Assembly: GCA_023228045.1 (NCBI GenBank)
Contig: JALOBY010000007.1
Span: 1 to 60,230, forward strand
Length of the DNA stretch: 60,230 nucleotides
DNA from: Endomicrobiales bacterium
GTDB taxonomy: Bacteria > Elusimicrobiota > Endomicrobiia > Endomicrobiales > JALOBY01
Direction: 5' to 3'
In this document: in pieces, positions 11,297 through 21,014 of the stretch
Layout: the number at the start of each line of letters is the position of its first letter
How positions within the stretch are numbered: position 1 is the stretch's first letter
Made by a program: the position numbers and the translations under genes
The notes under the pieces: generated by a model
Databases searched by the model: none
What the model saw: the letters and a program-made list of their open reading frames with translations, nothing else
What the model was told of the DNA's origin: nothing

Positions 11297-12124
11297 ATGA
11301 ACGAAATACTTTCAAAACAAACACTCTCCGTAAATGTAAAACGCATGGAAGTTTCGGCGCCTGAAATTGCCAAAGCGACAAAATCTGGCCAGTTTATTGT
11401 CTTAAGGGTCAACGCCTTGGGTGAAAGAATTCCCCTGACCATTGCCGGAATAAATAAAGAAAAGGGCACAATAACTATTGTATTTCAAGAAATTGGCAAA
11501 ACCACAAAATTGCTTGGAACGCTCAATGTAGGCGACTGTATTAAAGACCTGCTTGGCCCGCTTGGGCACCCGACAGAGCCACAAACCGGCAAACATATAG
11601 TTGCCATTGGCGGCGGAGTCGGCGTAGCCGAAATTTTACCTGTGGCTCGCTTTTACAAAGGATTATCAAACACCGTTACCGGCATAATAGGCGCCCGCTC
11701 AAAAGATCTAATAATTTTTGAAGATGAAGTGGCGCACACCTGCGATAATTTTTTTATAACCACCGATGATGGCTCTTACAAAAGAAAAGGTTTTGTTTCC
11801 GATGTTTTAAAAGAGTTAATTGCAGGCCCCAATAAAATTGATATTGTTTACGCCATTGGCCCTGTGCCAATGATGAAATTTATTTGCGATATAACAAAAC
11901 CCCATAACATTAAAACCATTGTTTCACTAAACCCAATTATGCTTGATGGCACCGGAATGTGCGGTGTATGCCGCTGCACGGTTGAAGGCAAAACAAAGTT
12001 TGCCTGTGTTGACGGGCCGGAGTTTGATGGGCACCTTGTAAACTGGGCAGAGTTTTCCACACGGCTTAGCACTTTCAAATCAGAAGAAAAAATTTCAAAT
12101 GATTCCTTTATGGGGCAAAGATGA
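11297..12124 (+). CDS. nfnA: NfnA/SudB-like ferredoxin-NADP(+) reductase small subunit (PyrK-like FAD/NAD-binding fold with a C-terminal 2Fe-2S cysteine cluster).
   Basis: 275 aa. The C-terminal motif GMCGVCRCTVEGKTKFACVDGPEF matches the PyrK/SudB-type 2Fe-2S cluster. It overlaps the downstream gltD-like gene by 4 nt. Confidence 0.65.
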   Translation: MNEILSKQTLSVNVKRMEVSAPEIAKATKSGQFIVLRVNALGERIPLTIAGINKEKGTITIVFQEIGKTTKLLGTLNVGDCIKDLLGPLGHPTEPQTGKHIVAIGGGVGVAEILPVARFYKGLSNTVTGIIGARSKDLIIFEDEVAHTCDNFFITTDDGSYKRKGFVSDVLKELIAGPNKIDIVYAIGPVPMMKFICDITKPHNIKTIVSLNPIMLDGTGMCGVCRCTVEGKTKFACVDGPEFDGHLVNWAEFSTRLSTFKSEEKISNDSFMGQR

Positions 12125-13497
12125 TAGAACGCATACATATGCCAGAGCGTCCGGCAAGCGAACGCAAAAATGATTTTTTAGAAGTAAACAAAGGATATAC
12201 AAAAGAACAAGCCGCTATTGAAGCAAGCAGGTGCCTACAATGCAAAAATCCACTGTGCGTTAGCGGATGTCCGGTAGAGATAAATATACCCGGTTTTATT
12301 AAGGCACTTGCACAAAATAACCCACAACAAGCAATAAAAGTTCTTAAAGACAAAAACAACCTTCCAGGTGTCTGCGGCAGGGTTTGCCCGCAGGAAGAAC
12401 AGTGCGAACTTAAATGTATTCTCGGAAAAAAAGGCAAAAGTGTTGCCATAGGAAACCTTGAACGCTACACCGCAGATTGGGCAATGGAAAATTCCATAAC
12501 ACAAAATGATACTATAAAAAACAATGGCAAAAAAGTTGCAGTAATTGGCTCTGGTCCTGCCGGGCTCACCTGCGCGGGCGACTTGGCAAAAGAAGGTTTT
12601 TTGGTAACTGTTTTTGAATCACTGCACCTTGCAGGCGGTGTTTTGCGCTATGGCATACCTCAGTTTCGCCTGCCTCCAAAAGTATTAAACACAGAGATAA
12701 CAAACCTTGAAAAATCGGGCGTAAAAATAGAGCTAAACTGCCTTGTTGGCAGAACAATCCCTTTAATGGAACTTTTCTCTCAGGGTTTTGATGCTATATT
12801 TGTCGGCACCGGCGCAGGACTTCCAAAATTCTTTAATATATCAGGTGAAAACCTAAACCACATATATTCCGCAAATGAATTTTTAGTGCGTGTAAATTTA
12901 ATGAATGCCTTTAGTTTTCCAAAATACGACACACCAATTTACTCTGGTAAAACCGTGGCTGTTTTCGGCGGCGGCAATACCGCTATGGACAGCGCCCGCA
13001 CAGCACTGCGCCTTGGTGCCCAAAAAGTTTACCTAATTTACAGACGCTCACAAGATGAAATGCCCGCAAGAGCAGAAGAGGCAAAACACGCCAAAGAAGA
13101 AGGCGTTATTTTTACAATGCTTACTAACCCTGTTAAATTTATTGGCGATGAAGCAGGAAAAGTTAGCGCGGTTGAATGCGTAAAAATGGAGCTTACCGAG
13201 CCAGACGCATCGGGCAGAAGAAAGCCAAGAACAATAGAGGGCTCTAACTTTCAAATTGAAATAGATATGGCGGTAATTGCCATTGGGCTTGGGCCAAACC
13301 CCCTGCTTCCCTCCCAGACAGCAAACCTAAAAACAGATAAGTATGGACACTTAATAATTGATGAAAATGCTATGACAAGCATTCCAGGTGTTTTTGCCGG
13401 AGGCGATATTGTAGGTGGTGAAACGGTAATACAAGCAATGGGAATGGGTAAAAAAGCGGCAAGGTCAATAATAAGTTACCTAAACAATCATAGCTGA
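12121..13497 (+). CDS. nfnB: NfnB/SudA/GltD-like NADPH-dependent oxidoreductase large subunit (2x[4Fe-4S] plus FAD/NAD binding).
   Basis: 458 aa. Cysteine motifs CLQCKNPLCVSGCPV and CGRVCPQEEQCELKC. Dinucleotide-binding motifs VAVIGSGPAGLTCA and VFGGGNTAMD. Confidence 0.7.
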   Translation: MIERIHMPERPASERKNDFLEVNKGYTKEQAAIEASRCLQCKNPLCVSGCPVEINIPGFIKALAQNNPQQAIKVLKDKNNLPGVCGRVCPQEEQCELKCILGKKGKSVAIGNLERYTADWAMENSITQNDTIKNNGKKVAVIGSGPAGLTCAGDLAKEGFLVTVFESLHLAGGVLRYGIPQFRLPPKVLNTEITNLEKSGVKIELNCLVGRTIPLMELFSQGFDAIFVGTGAGLPKFFNISGENLNHIYSANEFLVRVNLMNAFSFPKYDTPIYSGKTVAVFGGGNTAMDSARTALRLGAQKVYLIYRRSQDEMPARAEEAKHAKEEGVIFTMLTNPVKFIGDEAGKVSAVECVKMELTEPDASGRRKPRTIEGSNFQIEIDMAVIAIGLGPNPLLPSQTANLKTDKYGHLIIDENAMTSIPGVFAGGDIVGGETVIQAMGMGKKAARSIISYLNNHS

Positions 13498-13719
13498 CCA
13501 AATTAGCCGTCATACCGGCGAAAGCCGGTATCCATGAAACAAAATCAATATTTAACTGGATTGCGGTTGGAATTTACCCTCGAGTGATTTAGTTGGGGGC
13601 CGCAATGACGACAAAGACATTTTAAAATAAAAATATTACTGTTCTAAAAATGACCACTCAACGCAATATGCTGTTCAAATTTGACACATGTAATAAACAA
13701 TAAATTTTAAAACTTCTTT

Positions 13720-14565
13720 TTAAAAGTTCTTCCTAATAAACCCAATCACAGCACAAATGGCGTAACAAGCCACTCCAACAAGCACAATTGCGGCACTAGC
13801 CGAACTTCCAAAGTAAAAAGAAAGCACCAAACCGCACATAGAAGAAAACAACCCAATTGCTAATGCCACGACCGTGTAACTTTTAAAATTTCTACAAATA
13901 TTTCTCGCACTTGCCGCTGGTAAAACCAAAAGGGAACTTGCCAAAAGCACACCTAAAAACTTCACCGCTGATGCTACCGACACCGCAAGCACAAGCATAA
14001 AAATAATTTCAACCGCATTTACATTTACTCCTCGCGAACGCGCCAAAGGCGGGCTTACGCCAACTAAAGTAAGCCGGTTTGAAAATAAAACCCAGTAAAC
14101 AAGCACACAACAAAGCAAAATATACAACCACAAAATCTGACCGGCAGAAACGGCCAATAAATCGCCTGTCAAATAAGCTGTGTACTTCGCAAACCCGCCG
14201 CCGATACTAAGTAAAAAAACACCCAAACCTACAACCGCCGCGAATATAACTCCCAAAACTGTGTCGTAAGAAGCGCCCGTGAATTTTTTTATAAAAATTG
14301 AAAGCAACGCAACAACACAGGCAAAACCCACAACCGCAATATTCATATCAAAAATACCAAATAAAACTCCAAGCGCCACTCCGGAAAGAGCGCTATGTCC
14401 AACCACATCCGAAAAAAACACAAGCCGGTTTCCCACAACAGCCGTACCAAGCAAAGAAAAAATTGGCGCAAGCGCGAAAAGCGCAACTATCGCGTTGCGC
14501 ATAAAATCGTAATGAGCCCAGCTAAATGGGAGTAACCCTATAATATGATTAACATAACTTAACAT
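13720..14565 (-). CDS. Metal (Zn/Mn) ABC transporter permease.
   Basis: 281 aa polytopic membrane protein. Its position and size match the ZnuB/MntB family, downstream of the ATPase and substrate-binding protein genes. Confidence 0.7.
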   Translation of the reverse strand: MLSYVNHIIGLLPFSWAHYDFMRNAIVALFALAPIFSLLGTAVVGNRLVFFSDVVGHSALSGVALGVLFGIFDMNIAVVGFACVVALLSIFIKKFTGASYDTVLGVIFAAVVGLGVFLLSIGGGFAKYTAYLTGDLLAVSAGQILWLYILLCCVLVYWVLFSNRLTLVGVSPPLARSRGVNVNAVEIIFMLVLAVSVASAVKFLGVLLASSLLVLPAASARNICRNFKSYTVVALAIGLFSSMCGLVLSFYFGSSASAAIVLVGVACYAICAVIGFIRKNF

Positions 14566-14582
14566 AACTAATTCTACCTCTA

Positions 14583-15314
14583 TTAAAACCCATGTTTAAG
14601 CATTCTTTGAACATTCTGGTTTTCAAGAACTTCTTTTGGAGTCCCATGAGAAATAACAGTGCGGTTTAAAAAAACCATAGCATCTGCATGCGGCGCAACA
14701 CAGTCAAGGTCATGGGTAACCATAACAACCGATAAATCAAATTTCCTTCTTAACTCATCTACTATTTTATAAAACAGCGAATGTCCTGAGGCATCAACCG
14801 CAGAAACCGGCTCATCTAACAGCATAATTTCAGGTACCGGATTTATAGCAGTTGCAAGTAAAACTTTTTGAAGTTCTCCACCCGAAAGCAATGCAAGCTT
14901 TTTGTTGGCAAGCTCTTTTGCGCCAACAAGTTCAAGCACAGATAAAGCGGTTTTTTTCCAATTTTGTTCAAAACCACTCCATGCCGGCCTTTTTGCACAG
15001 GCACAGGCCATCAAATCCAAAACACTTAAGGGTGAATCGGGTTCTATATGCAATTTTTGTGGTACATACCCAATTTTTGGTTTTTCCCCAAGAGTACCTT
15101 TAACCTTATATGAGATTGTACCGCTGTAAGCTACCTCGCCAAGCAATGCCCTAAGCAAAGTTGTCTTTCCTGCTCCGTTTGGGCCAACAAGCGCAAGCAA
15201 CTGACCACAATTTATATGCAGGTCAACATTTTCAAGCGCGTAAACATCCCCAAACTTAACGGTTAGTTTTTCTATTTTAGTGCAACAGTGAGAACAACTC
15301 GTTTTTTCGTTCAT
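14583..15314 (-). CDS. Metal ABC transporter ATP-binding protein.
   Basis: Walker A GPNGAGKTT, ABC signature LSGGELQ and Walker B LLDEP. Confidence 0.8.
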   Translation of the reverse strand: MNEKTSCSHCCTKIEKLTVKFGDVYALENVDLHINCGQLLALVGPNGAGKTTLLRALLGEVAYSGTISYKVKGTLGEKPKIGYVPQKLHIEPDSPLSVLDLMACACAKRPAWSGFEQNWKKTALSVLELVGAKELANKKLALLSGGELQKVLLATAINPVPEIMLLDEPVSAVDASGHSLFYKIVDELRRKFDLSVVMVTHDLDCVAPHADAMVFLNRTVISHGTPKEVLENQNVQRMLKHGF

Positions 15315-15339
15315 ATTAAATTTCTAAATATTTTCGGTA

Positions 15340-16224
15340 TTATTTTGAAAGCGATTCCTTTAAGGTTTTTAAATTCCCCCGCATTATCTCAATGTAGGCG
15401 TCTGGTTTCAGCTCGCCCGATACTACAGGGTCAAGAATGTAAACTTTGGCACCAGTTTCTTTGGCAATTATGTTTGCCGCATCTGCAGGATACTGCGGCT
15501 CGGCAAAAAGCACTTTTATTTTATTTTTATTGACAGTGTTTATTGTTTCAACCAACTCTTTGGCCGATGGTTTTGATGCTGGTTCGCGCTCAATAACATC
15601 GGCTATCTCTAAGCCAAACTCACTGGCAAAATAAGGAAACGCCTCATGAAAAGTTATAATTTTTCTACCTTTATACTGGTTTAACTGTTGCTTCATTTCT
15701 GTAAGCAACTTGCCAAGTTTTTCTTTATATAAATCCGCGTTTTTTTTATACAGCAAAGAATTCTTCGGGTCAACATTTGATAAGAATTGCGAGAGGTTTT
15801 CTGTCATTAAAATTGCATTTGAAACACTCACCCATGTATGCGAATTTTCAATCCCGTAGCTGTCTTCAATAAGTTTGATACCGTCAGACAACTTTGCAAT
15901 TTTCAAATTCGGATTTGTTTTTGCAACCTTTTCAATAAAGTTTTCCATCCCTGCGCCATTTGCAATAAACAAGTCGGCATTTTGCAACTTTTGCATATCT
16001 TTTGTGTTAAGCGAGTAGTCGTGTAAGCAACCTGAGTAATTTGGAGCAAGGCTATCAACCGAAATACCAGAAACACCATTGGTTACATTCAATAGAATTA
16101 TGCGTATAGGGTAAAATGATGCAATTGCTTTTATTGTTGGCTGTTCTTTGGAGAAAATATTTATAGGTAAAAGAACAAGAAATGATAACAGAAATAATTG
16201 TTTAAATTTAGAACTATTAAACAT
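15340..16224 (-). CDS. Metal-binding periplasmic substrate-binding protein (TroA/ZnuA family). No His-rich loop is visible.
   Basis: 294 aa with a signal peptide. Its similarity pattern and genomic context with the ABC ATPase and permease match cluster-9 substrate-binding proteins. Confidence 0.7.
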   Translation of the reverse strand: MFNSSKFKQLFLLSFLVLLPINIFSKEQPTIKAIASFYPIRIILLNVTNGVSGISVDSLAPNYSGCLHDYSLNTKDMQKLQNADLFIANGAGMENFIEKVAKTNPNLKIAKLSDGIKLIEDSYGIENSHTWVSVSNAILMTENLSQFLSNVDPKNSLLYKKNADLYKEKLGKLLTEMKQQLNQYKGRKIITFHEAFPYFASEFGLEIADVIEREPASKPSAKELVETINTVNKNKIKVLFAEPQYPADAANIIAKETGAKVYILDPVVSGELKPDAYIEIMRGNLKTLKESLSK

Positions 16225-16330
16225 AATAACCTTTTATTATACTTTTTTGCTCTTAGTGTTAGTTGATTATACCGCAGGAAGGTTTTTGTGTCAACAAGGG
16301 AACAAACTTTACAACTTACTTAAAAATAGT

Positions 16331-16388
16331 TAGGGGACATTTCCAAGCGCTTTAGCTTTTTACAAAATTTTTTGGAAATGTCCCCATT
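16331..16388 (-). terminator. Perfect 14-bp inverted repeat (GGGGACATTTCCAA ... TTGGAAATGTCCCC), followed on the minus strand by a T-rich stretch. Likely an intrinsic terminator, possibly an operator, for the small K-rich ORF upstream of the metal transporter operon.
   Basis: Read directly from the sequence. Confidence 0.5.
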
Positions 16389-16393
16389 AAAAA

Positions 16394-16465
16394 CTATTTT
16401 TTTTTCTTTTTTGCACCTTTTTTAGCTTTTTTTGCTGCTTTTTTTGCTGGTTTCTTGCCTGCCAT
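16394..16465 (-). CDS. Small lysine/alanine-rich peptide (23 aa, MAGKKPAKKAAKKAKKGAKKKKK), histone H1/Hc1-tail-like.
   Basis: ATG preceded by AAGGGGTGAG with 5 nt spacing. The stop is followed within 6 nt by a strong hairpin. The peptide is below the ORF-track size cutoff. Confidence 0.4.
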   Translation of the reverse strand: MAGKKPAKKAAKKAKKGAKKKKK

Positions 16466-16750
16466 TAGTACTCACCCCCTTATATTAACTAAATAAAAAT
16501 AAAAAAATCCGAGTAGGGCATTACCCCCGTTTCGGATTATTCTTAAGCCACTTCTTTGTTGGCTTTTTTATTTTCATGCATTTGTATTTTAACACTAATT
16601 TATTTAATTTGCAATTATTTATTGGTTATCCGACGATATATTTTTAAAAACAATTTTTCAATTCTATGTTTTAATTTATTTAAAAATTTAAAACTTCCAA
16701 TGTTCCTTTTTATATTTGAAATTCCCGACGAAATTTTCTAAAATCTACTT

Positions 16751-17452
16751 ATGAAATTTACTGAAGACATAAAGAATGTTTTTTACAGAGACCCCGCGGC
16801 GCGCTCGTGGGTTGAGGTTCTTTTTTGCTACCCAGGACTGCACGCTTTGTGGTTTTATCGTTTTGCAAATTTTTTCTGGAAAGTAAAATTTTATTTTGTT
16901 GCGCGGTTTATTTCTAACATTGCGCGCACGCTAACCGGCATTGAAATTCACCCAGGAGCAAAAATTGGGAAACGCTTTTTCATTGACCACGGTATGGGTG
17001 TAGTAATTGGTGAAACTACCGTAGTAGGCGACGATGTACTTATTTATCAAGGAGTTGTACTTGGCGGCACCTCACTTGAGAAAAAGAAACGCCACCCGAC
17101 GGTAGGCAACAATGTTGTAATTGGCGCAGGCGCTATTGTGCTTGGCGCTATAACACTTGGAGATCATTCGCGGGTAGGTGCTGGTTCGGTTGTTTTTCAC
17201 GATGTGCCGCCACACTCTACTGCCGTTGGTGTACCTGCAAGAATAGGGCTTGGCTTTTCTGATAAAGAACTTGCGGAACTTGAACACAGCAAACTGCCAG
17301 ACCCAATAGCAGATGCAATACAATTTGTTTTAAAAGAACAAGATAAACTTGAAAATAGAATTGTAAAACTTGAAGCAGCGAAAGGCCTACCACAACAATC
17401 CAACCAATCTTTCCAAGACAAGAAAAAAGAGTTGGAAAAAGAATTTGAATAG
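16751..17452 (+). CDS. cysE: Serine O-acetyltransferase with a C-terminal coiled-coil extension.
   Basis: Hexapeptide-repeat left-handed beta-helix core ([44 protein letters not shown]). Confidence 0.8.
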   Translation: MKFTEDIKNVFYRDPAARSWVEVLFCYPGLHALWFYRFANFFWKVKFYFVARFISNIARTLTGIEIHPGAKIGKRFFIDHGMGVVIGETTVVGDDVLIYQGVVLGGTSLEKKKRHPTVGNNVVIGAGAIVLGAITLGDHSRVGAGSVVFHDVPPHSTAVGVPARIGLGFSDKELAELEHSKLPDPIADAIQFVLKEQDKLENRIVKLEAAKGLPQQSNQSFQDKKKELEKEFE

Positions 17453-17511
17453 ACATGTACACTTCATTAAATAAATTTTTTTAAAAGTCTGCTGCTAATA
17501 GAGGATAATTT

Positions 17512-19449
17512 ATGACACCTAAAAATACACCTATGTCAGTTGCAAAAAAAATAATTTCGGCACATCTTATAAGCGGCAAAATGGAGCCAGGCCAGGAAAT
17601 AGCGCTAAAAATTGACCAAACCCTCACGCAAGATGCAACGGGCACTATGGCATACTTGCAATTTGAAGCGATGGGTGTAGAAAAAACAAAAGCAGAGCTT
17701 TCAGTTAGCTATGTTGACCACAACACACTGCAGACAGGTTTTGAAAATGCCGACGACCATGCCTACTTGCAAAGCGTTGCGGCAAAATACGGAATTTATT
17801 TTTCCCCTGCCGGAAACGGTATATGCCACCAGGTGCACTTAGAGCGCTTTGGAGTGCCTGCTAAAACACTTGCAGGTTCTGATTCGCACACACCCACTGC
17901 CGGTGGAATTGGTATGCTTGCCTTTGGTGTCGGCGGGCTTGATGTGGCATGCGCCATGGCGGCACAACCCTTTTATTTTGCAATGCCAAAAATTGTTAAT
18001 GTAAAACTTACAGGAAAACTTTTAGGATGGGCAAGCGCGAAAGATATAATTCTTGAACTTCTAAGAATTCTTAGCGTTAAAGGTGGCAGAGGAAAGATAT
18101 TTGAGTTTAGCGGCCCAGGAGTTAAAACTCTAAGTGTGCCGGAACGCGCAACAATAACAAATATGGGCGCGGAACTTGGCGCCACAACATCGCTTTTCCC
18201 ATCAGATGAAATTACACTTGCTTTTATGAAACAGCAAAAGCGTCAAAAAAACTGGAAAAAACTCGTTGCAGATGAAAACACACAATACGACGAAACAATT
18301 GAAATTAACCTTTCAAAAATAGAACCACTCATCGCACTGCCTCATAGCCCCGACAATGTAAAAAAAGTAAGAGATGTTGAAGGTATAATAGTTAACCAGG
18401 TAGCTATCGGCTCTTGCACAAACTCTTCGCTTGCCGATATGCTGCTTGTGGCAAAAGTTCTTAAAAACAAAAAAGTTCACCCAAATGTAAGTTTAGTTAT
18501 ATCCCCCGGCTCACGGCAAGTTGTAGCAATGCTTGCGCGAAGCGGCGCTTTAAATGACTTAATTTCGTCGGGTGCGAGAATTATTGAAAATGCCTGCGGG
18601 CCATGTATAGGTATGGGGCAAGCTCCTCAAAGCGGTGCTGTTTCTTTAAGAACTTTTAACAGAAATTTTGAAGGCAGAAGCGGCACAAAAGACGCAAGCG
18701 TTTACCTTTGCTCGCCTCATGTTGCGGTTGCTGCCGCGATAACCGGCAAAATAACTAACCCATTAAAACTTGGGCTTGCGCCTAAAATAAAACTGCCGAG
18801 TAATTTTTTGATTGATGAAAAACTAATAATCGCACCAGAAAAAAAAGCATTTAAAATAGAAATCATTAGAGGACCAAATATAAAGCCCCTGCCAAACTTT
18901 AAGCCAATGGACAAACTTTTTGTACTTGATGTTTGTCTAAAGGTGCAAGATAATATAACAACTGACCACATATTGCCGGCTGGTGCAAAGATATTGCCGC
19001 TTCGCTCAAATTTACCGGCCATTTCGCAATACACTTTTGGAGCGGTTGATAAAGATTTTGTCGCGCGAGCAAAAAGTTCCGGCTCATGTGTTATAGTTGC
19101 CGGTGAAAACTACGGGCAGGGCTCATCGCGCGAGCATGCTGCGCTTGCCCCAAGGTTTTTAGGAGTAAAGGCCGTAATTGCAAAGTCATTTGCGCGCATT
19201 CATCTTGCAAATTTAATTAACTTTGGAATTTTACCGCTTGTTTTTGAAGATGCCGCTGAGTATAATAAAATTTCTCTTAACGATAAAATTATTATAGAAA
19301 ATGTTTCTGCCACAAACCAAAAAATTGAAGCAAAGTTAATTTCTCAGGGCAAAGAAAGCAAAATTCATCTTAATCATCTGCTTAGCGAAAGACAATTTGA
19401 AATAGTGCGTTGCGGCGGTCTTTTAAACTTAATCAAAAATAAAAAGTAA
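17512..19449 (+). CDS. Aconitase-family hydro-lyase (645 aa, catalytic and swivel domains fused).
   Basis: Fe-S ligand motifs IGSCTNSS and CGPCIGMG, and SREHA in the C-terminal small domain. Confidence 0.75.
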   Translation: MTPKNTPMSVAKKIISAHLISGKMEPGQEIALKIDQTLTQDATGTMAYLQFEAMGVEKTKAELSVSYVDHNTLQTGFENADDHAYLQSVAAKYGIYFSPAGNGICHQVHLERFGVPAKTLAGSDSHTPTAGGIGMLAFGVGGLDVACAMAAQPFYFAMPKIVNVKLTGKLLGWASAKDIILELLRILSVKGGRGKIFEFSGPGVKTLSVPERATITNMGAELGATTSLFPSDEITLAFMKQQKRQKNWKKLVADENTQYDETIEINLSKIEPLIALPHSPDNVKKVRDVEGIIVNQVAIGSCTNSSLADMLLVAKVLKNKKVHPNVSLVISPGSRQVVAMLARSGALNDLISSGARIIENACGPCIGMGQAPQSGAVSLRTFNRNFEGRSGTKDASVYLCSPHVAVAAAITGKITNPLKLGLAPKIKLPSNFLIDEKLIIAPEKKAFKIEIIRGPNIKPLPNFKPMDKLFVLDVCLKVQDNITTDHILPAGAKILPLRSNLPAISQYTFGAVDKDFVARAKSSGSCVIVAGENYGQGSSREHAALAPRFLGVKAVIAKSFARIHLANLINFGILPLVFEDAAEYNKISLNDKIIIENVSATNQKIEAKLISQGKESKIHLNHLLSERQFEIVRCGGLLNLIKNKK

Positions 19450-19544
19450 TCTCTGCACTTAAATTGTGCTGTTTATTAAATACTTGTCAATTTGCTTTTG
19501 CGTGTTTAGGTAAAACTTAAAATTTAAGTTTTTAAGGAAGGTTT

Positions 19545-20807
19545 ATGGAAAAAAATGAAATAAAACAGCTAACGGCAAATCAGGCCGCAGGTGCAAAACT
19601 CGCCAGCAGAAAACTTGCGCTTTTGGCTAATGACCAGAAAAATAAGATTTTGGCCGCAATCGCGTCGGCACTTAAAAAACAATCCTGTGAAATTCTTTTT
19701 CAAAATGAAATTGATGTTGAGGCCGCAAAAGAAGCAAAACTTTCCTCTGCGCTTATTGACCGTTTAACACTAAATGAAACTCGCATTGAAGAAATGATTA
19801 GAGGCGTTATGGAAGTTGCCTCATTAGAAGACCCGATAGGTACCATAATTGCTGATTGGACCGTGCCAGCCGGAATGCAAATTCAAAAAGTGCGCGTACC
19901 GCTTGGCGCAATATGTATGATTTACGAATCACGCCCGAATGTTACCATAGACGCCACAGCGCTTTGCCTTAAATCTGGCAATGCGGTAATACTAAAAGGC
20001 GGTTCTGAAGCAATTAATACAAACCGCGCGCTTGTGCATGCAATACTTCCTGCAGCAAAAGAGGCGGGCTTGCCCGATGGCGCGATACAATTTATCGGCA
20101 CAACCGACAGAGAAGCTGTGCTTGACCTTATCAAACTTGACACCCTTATAGACCTTGTTATTGCAAGAGGCGGCGAAGAGATGGTGCGCTTTATAAGGCA
20201 AAACTCCATTGTGCCAGTGCTTGCCCACGGTAAAGGGCTATGCCACACCTATATTGATAAGTCAGCTCAAATTGATATGGCAACTAAAATTTCAATTAAC
20301 GCAAAGTGCCAAAGGCCTGGCGTGTGCAATGCTATGGAAACATTGCTTGTGCATAAAGATATTGCGCAAAAGTTTCTTCCAATTGTTTGCGGCCTTTACA
20401 CAAAAGCCGGCACGCAGGTTCGCGGCTGTGAAATAACAAAAAAAATAGTTCCACAGGTTGTTGAGGCAACCGAAGAGGACTGGTCAAGTGAGTATTTGGA
20501 CAATATAATTTCAATAAAGGTTGTAGAATCTATTGATGAAGCGATACACCATATAAACAAATATGGCTCAGGGCACTCTGAAGCAATTGTTACAGATGAT
20601 AAAGAGGCGGCGCAAAAATTCTTAAAAGAGGTAGATGCAGCGGCGGTGTTTCATAACGCGTCAACACGGCTGCACGACGGCTGGGTGTTTGGGTTTGGCT
20701 CAGAGTTAGGAATATCTACCCAAAAGCTACATGCCAGAGGCGCAATGGGCATTAAGGAAATTACAACTACAAAATATATTGTTTACGGCTCAGGGCAAGT
20801 ACGATAA
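19545..20807 (+). CDS. proA: Gamma-glutamyl phosphate reductase (glutamate-5-semialdehyde dehydrogenase).
   Basis: 420 aa. ALDH-type catalytic Cys region (NAKCQRPGVCNAMETLLVH) and typical ProA length. Confidence 0.85.
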   Translation: MEKNEIKQLTANQAAGAKLASRKLALLANDQKNKILAAIASALKKQSCEILFQNEIDVEAAKEAKLSSALIDRLTLNETRIEEMIRGVMEVASLEDPIGTIIADWTVPAGMQIQKVRVPLGAICMIYESRPNVTIDATALCLKSGNAVILKGGSEAINTNRALVHAILPAAKEAGLPDGAIQFIGTTDREAVLDLIKLDTLIDLVIARGGEEMVRFIRQNSIVPVLAHGKGLCHTYIDKSAQIDMATKISINAKCQRPGVCNAMETLLVHKDIAQKFLPIVCGLYTKAGTQVRGCEITKKIVPQVVEATEEDWSSEYLDNIISIKVVESIDEAIHHINKYGSGHSEAIVTDDKEAAQKFLKEVDAAAVFHNASTRLHDGWVFGFGSELGISTQKLHARGAMGIKEITTTKYIVYGSGQVR

Positions 20808-20838
20808 AATTCAATAATAAATAGCCGGTCACAAAATG

Positions 20839-20898
20839 CCCCTCACCTCAATCCTCTCCCTCGAGGGGAGAGGAAGCCCGAAGGGCAGGTGAGGGTGA
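20839..20898. repeat. Family-D nested hairpin element (cccctcacct ... cctctccctcgaggggagagg ... aggtgagggtg) in the proA-moxR intergenic region.
   Basis: Perfect nested inverted repeats. Related copies lie at 26734-26860 and 35845-35945. Confidence 0.7.
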
Positions 20899-21014
20899 TG
20901 TAAAAGTGTCGTTAGAAGTGGCAAGAAGACAAAAATATTTTGACCTCTGAAATTCTCAACGGAAAATGAGTTTCGTGACAGGCAATTCAATAATAAATTT
21001 GTTGGAGGGTTAAT

